Source of the DNA: an uncultured Gammaproteobacteria bacterium
Lineage (GTDB): Bacteria; Pseudomonadota; Gammaproteobacteria; CAKMZV01
NCBI GenBank assembly: GCA_929200535.1
Contig: CAKMZV010000001.1
Coordinates: 45,470-109,469, forward strand
Reading direction: 5' to 3'
Length of the DNA stretch: 64,000 bases
The notes below the pieces were generated by a model. The model had not been told where the DNA came from. It saw only the letters and a list, made by a program, of their open reading frames with translations, and did no database searches. This document shows positions 30,985-40,421 of this stretch, in pieces. Within the stretch, counting starts at the first letter, position 1. Each line of letters starts with the position of its first letter. A program made the translations under genes and the position numbers.

Positions 30985-32109
30985 ATGCCGCTAAATTTAT
31001 CTTTCCTTCGCTTTTTATATAAACATCCATTGGCGTTAGTCGGGTCAATTATTATACATCTTACTATTTTAGGCGGACTTGCCATTCCTTCATTGTTCTC
31101 AGCAGATAAAAATACTTTAGATTTAAGCCAAGTTAATAAGGTCATAAAAGAGCAAAAATCAGCCAAAGATACGCCTAAAACAATTCAAGCAGAAACCGTT
31201 AATGTTCAAGAAATTGAAAAACAAATTGCATTATTACAAAAGAAACGAGAAGCAAAAAAAGAGGCTGAAGAAAAACGCCTAAAAAATATAGAGGATAAAC
31301 AAAAAAAACTGACGCAAGACGCAAAAAAAATAGTTGATGAAAAGAAAAAATTACAACAAATACGTCAACAAGAAGAGCAAAAAATTATTGAGTTGAAAAA
31401 ACAAAAAGATGCCCTCGATAAAAAACAACAAGAGCTTGTGAAAAAAACCCAAGCAGAAAAGGCATTCTTAGAAAAACAAAAGGAAAAATCACAGCAGCTT
31501 AAGAGTAATCTGAAAAAAATACAACAACAGGAAACTACTGTTGCTAAACGTTTAGAGGAGTTACAAAAGAAAAAGCAAAGCGCTCAACAGGCAAATAAAA
31601 AAGCTATTAAGGATGCTCTGAAAAAACAAAGAGCCTTAGAGGCAAAACGTTTGCAAGAGGAGTTGAAAATACAAAAAGCAAAACGCCAGCAAGAAGAATT
31701 AGAGAAAAAACAATTAAATGCAAAACAACACTTAGAGAAACTTGCCTCGCAACAACAGCAAACTTCTAAAAAATTAGCTGATAGTGCCCAAAAACAAGCC
31801 GATTTAGAAAAATCTAACAAGCAGCAATTGCTACAACTTAAGCAACAATATGTTAACTCGATTAGAATTAAAGTAAAAGAAAAATGGCGTCGCCCAGTAC
31901 AAGTAGATGCCTCTTGGAAATGCGAAGTTTTTGTGCAGCAAACAATCAAAGGAGAGATTAAGAAAGTCAGTATTAAAGACTGCTCAGATACTGCCTCTCA
32001 ACGATTTAAAGAATCCGTTGAAAGAGCAGTTTATCGTGCAGATCCTTTACCCGTATCACCAGATGTAAGGGTTTTTGATGAGAATATAAATTTTACTTTC
32101 AAACCATAA
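30985..32109 (+). CDS. tolA: Tol-Pal system protein TolA
   Basis: 374 aa, N-terminal TM, long K/E/Q-rich helical domain II, C-terminal TolA domain III. Confidence 0.7.
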   Translation: MPLNLSFLRFLYKHPLALVGSIIIHLTILGGLAIPSLFSADKNTLDLSQVNKVIKEQKSAKDTPKTIQAETVNVQEIEKQIALLQKKREAKKEAEEKRLKNIEDKQKKLTQDAKKIVDEKKKLQQIRQQEEQKIIELKKQKDALDKKQQELVKKTQAEKAFLEKQKEKSQQLKSNLKKIQQQETTVAKRLEELQKKKQSAQQANKKAIKDALKKQRALEAKRLQEELKIQKAKRQQEELEKKQLNAKQHLEKLASQQQQTSKKLADSAQKQADLEKSNKQQLLQLKQQYVNSIRIKVKEKWRRPVQVDASWKCEVFVQQTIKGEIKKVSIKDCSDTASQRFKESVERAVYRADPLPVSPDVRVFDENINFTFKP

Positions 32110-32178
32110 CAATAATAAAACAGCTTGACATTTCGCACGTTAGTGCATAAATTTATCACGAATATTTTTTTAATTAAA

Positions 32179-33525
32179 ATGAATCACCAATCGAAGGCAA
32201 AAGCTTATATAGTTGTATTCGCCGTTATCTTACTTTCTTTTACAATGGGAGTTGTTAAGGCAGATATTTATGTGGATATTTTAGGCGGCGATGAACAACG
32301 TATCCCTATTGTTGTGCTACCTTTTGATGTGCAAACTAAGAAAGAATTAAAACATAAGATGGATAAAATAGTTCTTAATGATTTATCACGAAGTGGGCTC
32401 TTTTCATTAATTGAGGCACCTGTTACAAGTCATTCTTTCTCCTCTAATAACGATGTCGGCTATAAATTTTTTAGAAAATTGGGTGCTGAAAATATCATCG
32501 CAGCTCAAATTAAAGATAATGGTCCAAATAGCTATTTACTGCGGGTTTCTCTATACGATGTCTTACTTAAGAAAAAAAAGTGGACTTACTCTTGGGGTTT
32601 TTCTTCAAAGCAGTTGCGTCAATCAGCCCATCAAATTAGCGATCTTATATTTAAAGAAATCACAGGAAAGGAAAGTGCTTTCTCTAGTAATTTAGCCTTT
32701 ATTACCGTACAAAAAAATAAGAAGAATCGCCGCATTTATAGGTTGCAAATTGCAGACTCTGATGGTTTTGATGCAAAAACAGTACTGAAATCAACAGATC
32801 CTATCTTATCGCCGGCGTGGTCACCAAATGGACAAAGATTAGCTTATACTTCTTTTGAAAATGGACGTTCAGAGATTTATATACATCACCTTCAGACAGG
32901 TAAAAGGGAGTTAGTGGCTTCCTATAAAGGTATCAACGGCTCACCAGCGTGGTCGCCAGATGGCGAGTCTTTGGCTATGACCCTCTCAATGCAGGGAAAT
33001 TCAGAAATTTATATTATGAATTTGCTCACCAAAAAACTTCGGCGACTAACAAAAAATCCTTCAATTGATACCGAAGCAAATTTTTCACACAACGGTAAGT
33101 ATGTTTATTTCACTTCTAATCGCAAAGGTAAACCACAAATTTATCGTTTAAATATGTACACAGGGAGAACCGAGCAAGTAACAAAAATAGGTGAGTATAA
33201 TGCAGGCTCTTCAATATCAAAAGATGGGAAATATTTAGCACTAATACATTCTTCTGAAAAAAAATTAAGAGTCGCTTTATATGATATAGAAAACGAGGAA
33301 TTTCATCCAATCACAGACACTTTTTTGGATGATTCTCCATCGATATCCCCCGGAGCAAATATGTTAGTTTACTCTTCTATTGATCGTATCAATAATAATG
33401 GTCAATTAGTTATTATGGATTTAAGGGCTCGCTCAAAAACCAGTTTAAAAATATCAAATGGCACAGTCAAAGAGCCAGCGTGGGGTCCTGCACGCCAAAT
33501 TACTTTTAAAAAAACCTTAAATTAA
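32179..33525 (+). CDS. tolB: Tol-Pal system beta-propeller protein TolB
   Basis: ORF-track 32125-33525; probable start at MNHQSK with signal peptide; TolB N-domain plus WD-like propeller (SPAWSPDG repeats). Confidence 0.85.
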   Translation: MNHQSKAKAYIVVFAVILLSFTMGVVKADIYVDILGGDEQRIPIVVLPFDVQTKKELKHKMDKIVLNDLSRSGLFSLIEAPVTSHSFSSNNDVGYKFFRKLGAENIIAAQIKDNGPNSYLLRVSLYDVLLKKKKWTYSWGFSSKQLRQSAHQISDLIFKEITGKESAFSSNLAFITVQKNKKNRRIYRLQIADSDGFDAKTVLKSTDPILSPAWSPNGQRLAYTSFENGRSEIYIHHLQTGKRELVASYKGINGSPAWSPDGESLAMTLSMQGNSEIYIMNLLTKKLRRLTKNPSIDTEANFSHNGKYVYFTSNRKGKPQIYRLNMYTGRTEQVTKIGEYNAGSSISKDGKYLALIHSSEKKLRVALYDIENEEFHPITDTFLDDSPSISPGANMLVYSSIDRINNNGQLVIMDLRARSKTSLKISNGTVKEPAWGPARQITFKKTLN

Positions 33526-33544
33526 AAACATTTAGAATAGAACA

Positions 33545-34279
33545 ATGAAAAAGTTAAGCATTTTTTCTTTTTTGATAAGTGGGTTATTTCTTAATGCTTG
33601 TGTTTTACCTCCTGAAAAAGGGGATATAGATGCTGACGCTCAATCAGTCACGCAGCAAGAAAATGATTTAGACAATCCTTTATTTATTTCACCCAAAGAC
33701 AGAAAGGGGAGCATTGAAGTAACCGCATTGGAAGATGATTCAAACCTTGTAGAGGTAAGCGAAGAACTTCAAGACCAAAATAATCAAACAACACCAACAC
33801 TGCCCCGAGGGTTACAAGAGTTAGCTGATAGCTCGACTAAGCAATATTATATTGCGACACAAGAGGAGTTAAAGATAGGAAGAAAAGAAGAGGAAAGCTT
33901 AGCTGCTCTTCTTGAGCTTGGGCTACAGCCGACAATTTATTTTGGTTTTGACCACTCTCAATTAAGTGAGGAAAGTAAGCAAATTTTATTAGCGTATAAA
34001 AAAGAATTTTTTATAAATGAAGCAACCTCAACAGTTGCAATTACGCTAACCCTTGAAGGGCATACGGATCAAGTGGGGACGACCCAATATAATCTTTCTT
34101 TGGGTTTTAAACGAGCACTTTCAATCAAAGAGTTTCTGTTAGAGCAAGGCATACCAGAAAATGCACTCAAAATTGAAAGTTTTGGGGAAGAGCGCCCAGT
34201 ATTTGAAATACCAACAGAAGAGTACCAACGTTACAACCGTCGAGTTGAAATTTATTTTGCATCACAGAGAAAAGAATAA
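33545..34279 (+). CDS. pal: Peptidoglycan-associated lipoprotein Pal (OmpA-like C-domain), extended form
   Basis: 244 aa; lipobox LFLNAC, C-terminal OmpA-like domain (NLSLGFKRA...YNRRVEIYF). Confidence 0.75.
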   Translation: MKKLSIFSFLISGLFLNACVLPPEKGDIDADAQSVTQQENDLDNPLFISPKDRKGSIEVTALEDDSNLVEVSEELQDQNNQTTPTLPRGLQELADSSTKQYYIATQEELKIGRKEEESLAALLELGLQPTIYFGFDHSQLSEESKQILLAYKKEFFINEATSTVAITLTLEGHTDQVGTTQYNLSLGFKRALSIKEFLLEQGIPENALKIESFGEERPVFEIPTEEYQRYNRRVEIYFASQRKE

Positions 34280-35058
34280 TGCTTATAGAAAAAAAAACCT
34301 CAATTTTTATATTTTTCAGACTGCAACCTTATATCTATATCGCCTTAATTTTAATTCTGTTGCCGCTTAGTTCATACGCTGACAATACGGAACTACAAAA
34401 AGAAATACAACACCTTAGGCAACGAGTGAGCCAACTTCGTATTGATATGCAACGCAGTGAGTTGCGTATGCAAGATGCCATCAAAAAATTAGAGCAAAAA
34501 ATAAACGCTACGCATTCTTCTACCCCATCACTGGAAGAAAAATTAGGACAAAAAGAGCAAGAAAATATAAGTGAAAAAACAACAACGCCAAACGATAACA
34601 CAATCACCAGTACAATATCAAACACATCTTCAATCATAACAACAACTTCGCAACAACAAGTTATCTCGCCTAAAAAGAGTAATGAGCTGTACGATCGGGG
34701 GATTGACTTTCTTGTCGAAGCTGATTATGAAAATTCGCAAAAATCACTGACTGCATTTATTGCAGAAAATCCTCAAAACCCCCTTGTTCCAGAAGCAATT
34801 TATCTATTGGGTGAAATTTTTTATTTTCAAAGCAATTTTTCTCTCGCATTAACACAGTATAATAAAATACTAAGTCATTATCCCAACAGCGATAAAGCCG
34901 CTCATTCTCTTCTCAAATCAGGCTATACCAGACTCGAGTTGGAGGATTACGCTGGGGCAAAAAACGTTTTTAATAAAGTGATACAAAAATACCCTAACTC
35001 CAAACTATCTAAAGACGCTGACCAACAGCGTGAACTACTCAAGGAATTAGAAGAGTAA
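34279..35058 (+). CDS. cpoB: Cell division coordinator CpoB (YbgF), TPR/coiled-coil
   Basis: 259 aa; signal peptide, coiled-coil then TPR repeats; conserved position after pal. Confidence 0.75.
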   Translation: MLIEKKTSIFIFFRLQPYIYIALILILLPLSSYADNTELQKEIQHLRQRVSQLRIDMQRSELRMQDAIKKLEQKINATHSSTPSLEEKLGQKEQENISEKTTTPNDNTITSTISNTSSIITTTSQQQVISPKKSNELYDRGIDFLVEADYENSQKSLTAFIAENPQNPLVPEAIYLLGEIFYFQSNFSLALTQYNKILSHYPNSDKAAHSLLKSGYTRLELEDYAGAKNVFNKVIQKYPNSKLSKDADQQRELLKELEE

Positions 35059-35123
35059 AAAATGTTACCATTTTTGACTCTAATACGTTCTATATAAAAA
35101 TTTAAGAGAAAGAGACCTTTACA

Positions 35124-35924
35124 TTGTCAGAAATAATCGTTGAACTGAAAGATGTTGTTTTTAAGCGAGGTGCGCGTACAGTCATCGATGGGATGACTTT
35201 CTCTATAAAGAAGCATAAACTCACTTCCTTAATGGGACCCAGCGGTGTTGGGAAAACAACAATCCTAAAACTTATCACTGGACAAGAAAAGCCTGCTTCT
35301 GGTGAAATTCGTGTATTTGGCGAAAATATTCAAAAACTCAATCGTAATAAGTTATATCATCTTCGCCGTCGCATAGGTGTCTTATTCCAAAGTGGTGCGT
35401 TATTAACCGATTTAAACGTTTTTGACAATGTCGCCCTGCCCTTACGCCATAATACTAAACTCAATGAAAGAGCAGTCCGTGATTTAGTGGAAATGAAATT
35501 GGAAGCGGTTGGCTTACTTGGTGCAACAAGCTTATATCCAAGAGAATTATCTGGTGGTATGGCTCGGCGAGTTTCTTTGGCAAGAACTTTAATTTTAGAT
35601 CCAGAACTCATAATGTATGATGAGCCTTTTGTCGGTCAAGATCCTATTACTATGGCAGTTTTAGTTAAGCTGATGGATACCGTATCTAAGTCTTTGCCCA
35701 TTACTTCTATTGCTATTTCCCACGATGTTGAAGAAATTTTATCCATCGCCGATTACGGCTATTTATTATCACAAGGCAAGGCTGTTGATTCGGGTACTCC
35801 AGAAAAATTGACTCAGCAAGGTTCGGAGTATGCTAAGCAATTTTTAAAAGGAATAGAGGATGGTCCTGTGCCATTTCATTTCCCTAATGAAACCCCTCTT
35901 AAACAACGATTGTTATCAGGGTAA
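35124..35924 (+). CDS. mlaF: Phospholipid ABC transporter ATP-binding protein MlaF
   Basis: 266 aa ABC ATPase (GPSGVGKTT, LSGGMARRVSLAR, ILDEP); TTG start in ORF track. Confidence 0.85.
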   Translation: MSEIIVELKDVVFKRGARTVIDGMTFSIKKHKLTSLMGPSGVGKTTILKLITGQEKPASGEIRVFGENIQKLNRNKLYHLRRRIGVLFQSGALLTDLNVFDNVALPLRHNTKLNERAVRDLVEMKLEAVGLLGATSLYPRELSGGMARRVSLARTLILDPELIMYDEPFVGQDPITMAVLVKLMDTVSKSLPITSIAISHDVEEILSIADYGYLLSQGKAVDSGTPEKLTQQGSEYAKQFLKGIEDGPVPFHFPNETPLKQRLLSG

Positions 35925-35941
35925 TTTATTTCCAACGTACA

Positions 35942-36703
35942 ATGGCAAGGTTATCAAAATTAGGTTCTAACGTTATTTCTCTCTTTAGTAGTCTTGGGCG
36001 AGCACAAGTGTTTTTATGGCATATATGGTCCGCTGGCATTTCTTTTTCGGGTGTTGTCAAACAAATTTATTTTGTTGGTGTGCTATCACTTCCGATTATC
36101 TTAGTCTCTGGTTTTTTTGTTGGGATGGTGCTTGGCTTACAAGGCTATTACACTTTAGTAGATTTTGGTGCTGCTGATTCTCTTGGAGTATTGGTTGCCC
36201 TCACGCTCACTCGTGAATTAGGTCCTGTAGTAGGTGCTATTTTGTTTGCTGGTCGTAGTGGCTCAGCCCTGACCACAGAGGTTGGCTTAATGAAAGCCAC
36301 TGAACAGCTTGCCGCTTTAGAACTAATGGGTATTGATCCAATGCGTTTTGTAATGCGTCCTCGCTTTATCGCTGGAATTATTTCTTTGCCGTTTTTAGTA
36401 ATGATGTTTGTTGCTGTAGGTGTTCTTGGAGCTTGGTTTGTTAGTGTTGGTTTGCTGGGTATAGACGATGGTGCTTTTTGGTCACAAATGCAAGCCAAAG
36501 TTAGTTGGAGTAATGACGTTTTAAATGGCTTGGTCAAAGCGCTGATTTTCTCTGTAGTTGTTACTTGGTTGGCTCTATTTCTGGGTAATGATGCGATACC
36601 AACGGCAGAAGGCGTGAGTGGAGCAACAACAGCAACGGTAGTTTATAGTTCTCTTTGGGTATTGGGTCTTGATTTTATCTTGACGGCAATGATGTTTGAT
36701 TAA
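35942..36703 (+). CDS. mlaE: Phospholipid ABC transporter permease MlaE
   Basis: 253 aa, MlaE permease family TM profile. Confidence 0.85.
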   Translation: MARLSKLGSNVISLFSSLGRAQVFLWHIWSAGISFSGVVKQIYFVGVLSLPIILVSGFFVGMVLGLQGYYTLVDFGAADSLGVLVALTLTRELGPVVGAILFAGRSGSALTTEVGLMKATEQLAALELMGIDPMRFVMRPRFIAGIISLPFLVMMFVAVGVLGAWFVSVGLLGIDDGAFWSQMQAKVSWSNDVLNGLVKALIFSVVVTWLALFLGNDAIPTAEGVSGATTATVVYSSLWVLGLDFILTAMMFD

Positions 36704-37187
36704 TCATATAAGAAATACGGTTACGATAATGAGTAATAAATTTGAATGGTGGGTGGGCTTATTTACCGCCTTAGCAATTGCATCAATTCTTTTCATCTCA
36801 CTGAGAGTGAGTAATTTTCAGGTAAGCTCTGGGGGTGACCAATATAAGGTTTATGCCTATTTTGATGAAATCGGTGGGCTTAAACCAAGAGCCCCTATCA
36901 CGATGGCAGGTGTTGTTGTTGGTCGAGTTGGTGAAATCTCATTGGATGTAGAGTCTTTTCAAGCCAAGGTTGTTTTTAATATGAACTCAAAATATAAGAA
37001 AATCCCTGATGATACTTCGGCAAGTATTTTAACGGCAGGTATTCTTGGTGAAAAATATATTGGACTCACTCCAGGTGGAGCTGAAGAGTTTTTGGAAAAC
37101 GAAGGTATTGTTTCCCAAACTCAATCAGCTATCGTATTAGAAAACCTAATATCTAAGTTCTTGCTTAATTCGGACGAAGAAAAATAA
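36696..37187 (+). CDS. mlaD: MCE-domain protein MlaD
   Basis: 163 aa, N-terminal TM plus MCE domain. Confidence 0.8.
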   Translation: MINHIRNTVTIMSNKFEWWVGLFTALAIASILFISLRVSNFQVSSGGDQYKVYAYFDEIGGLKPRAPITMAGVVVGRVGEISLDVESFQAKVVFNMNSKYKKIPDDTSASILTAGILGEKYIGLTPGGAEEFLENEGIVSQTQSAIVLENLISKFLLNSDEEK

Positions 37188-37214
37188 AAAAACTGACAAA
37201 ATAAGGGATATACG

Positions 37215-37817
37215 ATGAAGAAAATATCAAAATTGATTTTATTTTTATTGAGTACGATATTTATATCGGGAGTTTCTGTTGCCGGTGAATTGCGTGATTT
37301 AATTGATGAGAATAGTAAACAACTATTAACTCAAATACAGGAAAATCGTGAAGAATACCGTGCTAATCCAGAAAAGTTAAGTTCTTTTGTCAAAGAAAGT
37401 ATTGCGGATTATTTTCATTTTTCTTATATGTCAAGGTTTGCTGCTGGTCGCTATTGGAGGAAGATGAGCAAAGAACAACAAAAAGAATATAACGCTCTTT
37501 TCATTGATTTACTCATTAAAACCTACGCCTCTGCAATGCTTGATTTCAACTATGCAGATATTTCTTTTGAGGATGAAAAGAAAGGACGTAAGAAAAATCG
37601 CTTCCACCTAATAATGCGTGCTAAAAGTAAAGGTAATAAATTCCGTGTTGATTATGAAATTGCTAAAACGAAAAAAGGACCAAAGGTAATTAATGTTAAA
37701 TTAGAAGGCGTAAGCCTCCTAATTAATTATCGTAAATCTTTTGGTTCTATCCTCTCTAAAGATGGTCCAGATGCCTTAATTGAGTTTATTAAAAAATCCT
37801 TAAAAGGAAAAAAATAG
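37215..37817 (+). CDS. mlaC: Periplasmic phospholipid-binding protein MlaC (Tgt2/MlaC family)
   Basis: 200 aa with signal peptide; position in mla operon. Confidence 0.75.
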   Translation: MKKISKLILFLLSTIFISGVSVAGELRDLIDENSKQLLTQIQENREEYRANPEKLSSFVKESIADYFHFSYMSRFAAGRYWRKMSKEQQKEYNALFIDLLIKTYASAMLDFNYADISFEDEKKGRKKNRFHLIMRAKSKGNKFRVDYEIAKTKKGPKVINVKLEGVSLLINYRKSFGSILSKDGPDALIEFIKKSLKGKK

Positions 37818-38104
37818 TGATAGAAATAAAGCATTCTGATTCACAACTGCAAATTGTAGGCAGCTTTTCTCGAGAAGAGTTAGAGAGCGAAAGCTACTCC
37901 AAAGTACAAGTTAACGGTAGTGATCGTTATACTGTTGTTTGTGATGACGTTAAAAATATCGACAGTTTTTTTGTCGCTTGGTTAATTGGCTTGCAAAGAA
38001 CTCTGCATATTCAAGGAATGCGCTTTGAGCTCAAAGCACCTCCACAGGCCTTAAGTAATTTAATCTCTCTATATCGCCTCGAAGAAACTCTTCCTCAATC
38101 TTGA
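37817..38104 (+). CDS. mlaB: STAS-domain protein MlaB
   Basis: 95 aa, GTG start overlapping mlaC stop; small STAS-like protein at expected operon position. Confidence 0.6.
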   Translation: MIEIKHSDSQLQIVGSFSREELESESYSKVQVNGSDRYTVVCDDVKNIDSFFVAWLIGLQRTLHIQGMRFELKAPPQALSNLISLYRLEETLPQS

Positions 38105-38120
38105 GTAAAATGACCTTAAA

Positions 38121-38861
38121 ATGAGTTCTGAATTTGCGGTTGATATTCAAAAAATCACTAAAAAATACGGCAAAGAAGAGGTCTTAAAAGACGTTACTTT
38201 GCAAATTTCTAAAGGGCAATTTTTTGGGTTACTTGGTCCTAATGGTGCAGGAAAATCCACTCTTATCAATACCATTGCCGGATTAGTTCGCCCAACTAGT
38301 GGTTCAATCTCTATTATGGGTCAAGATGTTATCAAAAACTATAGAGAAGCCAGAAGAGCACTTGGATTAGTTCCTCAAGAATTGCTTGATGAGCCCTTTT
38401 TCGATATTGAAAATCTACTCAAACTTCAATCAGGTTATTTTTCCATCAAAAATAATGATGAGTGGATAAATGAGTTATTAGAAGTAATGGAGCTTAAAAA
38501 GCAAGCCAAAAAGAAAATGTCAATGCTTTCTGGAGGAATGAAGCGCCGTGTTTTGATTGCGATGGCTCTGGTACATAAACCCTCAGTGATTATCCTCGAT
38601 GAGCCTACGGCTGGAGTAGATATTAATTTACGTCGAAATCTTTGGAAATTCATTAAACAATTACATAAATTAGGACATACCATTATCCTAACTACCCATT
38701 ATCTGGAAGAAGCTGAAACTCTATGCGATTATATCGCTATTATAGATTGCGGTAAAATCATTACTCAACAATCCAAAACGGAGTTACTAAAAAATCATAA
38801 CAATAAGCAATTAGAGCATATTTTTATGGAGTTAATTGATAGAGAAACAGACGAGGAATAA
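38121..38861 (+). CDS. ABC transporter ATP-binding protein (ABC-2/YadG-like)
   Basis: 246 aa; GPNGAGKST, LSGGMKRRVLIAMAL, ILDEPTAGVD. Confidence 0.8.
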   Translation: MSSEFAVDIQKITKKYGKEEVLKDVTLQISKGQFFGLLGPNGAGKSTLINTIAGLVRPTSGSISIMGQDVIKNYREARRALGLVPQELLDEPFFDIENLLKLQSGYFSIKNNDEWINELLEVMELKKQAKKKMSMLSGGMKRRVLIAMALVHKPSVIILDEPTAGVDINLRRNLWKFIKQLHKLGHTIILTTHYLEEAETLCDYIAIIDCGKIITQQSKTELLKNHNNKQLEHIFMELIDRETDEE

Positions 38862-38867
38862 AGACAG

Positions 38868-39632
38868 ATGAATTTCTATGGCACATTAATGCTATTTTAT
38901 AAAGAAGTGATGCGCTTTTTGTCGGTGTTTATGCAGACCATTCTCGCACCTGTTATTAATGCCGTTTTATTTCTTATCGTCTTCTACCCTTTTGGCGAGC
39001 AAATGACAGGCTTTGGTTTTTCTAATGTTGATTATGGATTATTTTTAATACCAGGGTTATTAATGATGTCAGTGTTACAAAATGCCTTTGCTAATAGTTC
39101 ATCGAGTATGATACAAGCAAAAAACTATGGCAACGTCATTTTTATGTTGGTTGCCCCGTTGTCTTCTTTTGAAATTATGCTCGCTTTTGTTGCTGGAGCA
39201 ATTGTGAGAGGAATTTTAGTCGCTTTAGCCGTTTATCTTGTCGGTGGACTCTTCTATGAAATTAATATTGTGCACCCACTCGCAACTTTTGCCTTAGTTT
39301 TTCTCTCATCCTTAGTGATGGGCGCAATGGGATTAATTGCTGGTATTTGGGCAGATAGATATGATCACCTTGCTGGATTTCAAAATTTTGTCATTCTACC
39401 ACTAACTTTCTTAAGTGGTGTTTTTTACTCTACCCAAAATCTTCCTGAAATATGGTACCAAATCTCTTTATGGAATCCATTCTTCTATATGATAGATGCT
39501 TTAAGATTTAGTATTCTTGGACAATCGGATATCGATATTTTCATTAGTATATGGGCAATTATTTGCTTTGCTATTTCTACTTGCCTATGTGCTTGGTGGA
39601 TGTTACATACAGGCTATCGTTTACGCCATTAA
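38868..39632 (+). CDS. ABC-2 type transporter permease (YadH-like)
   Basis: 254 aa, 6 TM ABC-2 permease topology. Confidence 0.75.
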   Translation: MNFYGTLMLFYKEVMRFLSVFMQTILAPVINAVLFLIVFYPFGEQMTGFGFSNVDYGLFLIPGLLMMSVLQNAFANSSSSMIQAKNYGNVIFMLVAPLSSFEIMLAFVAGAIVRGILVALAVYLVGGLFYEINIVHPLATFALVFLSSLVMGAMGLIAGIWADRYDHLAGFQNFVILPLTFLSGVFYSTQNLPEIWYQISLWNPFFYMIDALRFSILGQSDIDIFISIWAIICFAISTCLCAWWMLHTGYRLRH

Positions 39633-39670
39633 AATAATTATTTATAAATTCTAATTTAATAAAGAAAACG

Positions 39671-39991
39671 ATGGGTAAAGGCTTTCAATCACTCCCTTCC
39701 GTAATTGAAAAATCCAGTCTAAGCAAATTATTAGAAAAAGCAGAATCTCACTCTGGTGCTTTAGATATTATCCGCAAGGCCTTGGCTGAACTACCTCATC
39801 CCATTGAAGCAGAAGATATTACCTCTTGCGAAGTAAAACAAAAATACATTGAATTAAGCAGCCCCTCTGCCAGCAAAGCAACAATAATCCAATACGCTAC
39901 CCAAGGCTTATTAGAGCAACTAAAAACTCAACACCCTGATATTTTTACGCCCAACATCAAAACCGTCAAAATAAAAATCAGCCTCGAATAA
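39671..39991 (+). CDS. Hypothetical protein (106 aa)
   Basis: Clean ORF with plausible spacing; no recognisable motif (not BolA-like despite position after mla). Confidence 0.4.
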   Translation: MGKGFQSLPSVIEKSSLSKLLEKAESHSGALDIIRKALAELPHPIEAEDITSCEVKQKYIELSSPSASKATIIQYATQGLLEQLKTQHPDIFTPNIKTVKIKISLE

Positions 39992-40035
39992 CAGCTTAAA
40001 TTTAAGTTAATTTAATTCGACCCTGACCCTAATTA

Positions 40036-40263
40036 TGAGACCTTTGCATAAAAGTATGGCACACAAAACGTTTTTACTCTTGGCGAGTTTACGAGCCTTA
40101 GAGTAACAGTGTTTGAACTGCTTGCAGGTAAAAGAAAAAAGATAAAAAATCGTTCTGATTGAGACGTGAAATGAAGCTAATACGTCCGTCTTCGCAAATT
40201 TCACAACGATAATCAGAGCGGTTTTTTGCTTTTTTACTTGTCATATCTTTTGTGCAAAGGTCT
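40036..40263 (-). mobile_element. MITE-like palindromic repeat, copy 5 (orientation A) carrying a 68-bp internal insertion
   Basis: tgagacctttgcataaaagtatggcacacaaaacgtttttactcttggcgagtttacgagccttagagtaacagtgtttgaactgcttgcaggtaaaagaaaaaagataaaaaatcg...tgtgcaaaggtctta; insert identical to that in truncated copy at 56641. Confidence 0.8.
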
Positions 40264-40393
40264 TATTATACCAATTATTTTCTACGTGGACTGATGACAA
40301 GGGTAGAACTAAAGAGTACAATATCAAGGAAGTTGTTCAAATGAACATAAGTTCAGCGTATTATTTTAAAATTGATGATTAAAAAGAAAAAAT

Positions 40394-40416
40394 CAGACCT
40401 TTACAAAAGGTCTCAA
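40394..40416. repeat. Minimal terminal-repeat-only palindrome (cagacctttacaaaaggtctca), MITE terminus pair without internal sequence
   Basis: Seen directly 5 nt upstream of the retropepsin-like gene ATG. Confidence 0.5.
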
Positions 40417-40421
40417 AATAT

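Noticed and set aside
31584-31949. Cys-rich 121-aa antisense ORF inside tolA
   Set aside because: It is an antisense reading of the AAG/GAA-rich TolA helical-domain coding sequence, a low-complexity artefact.
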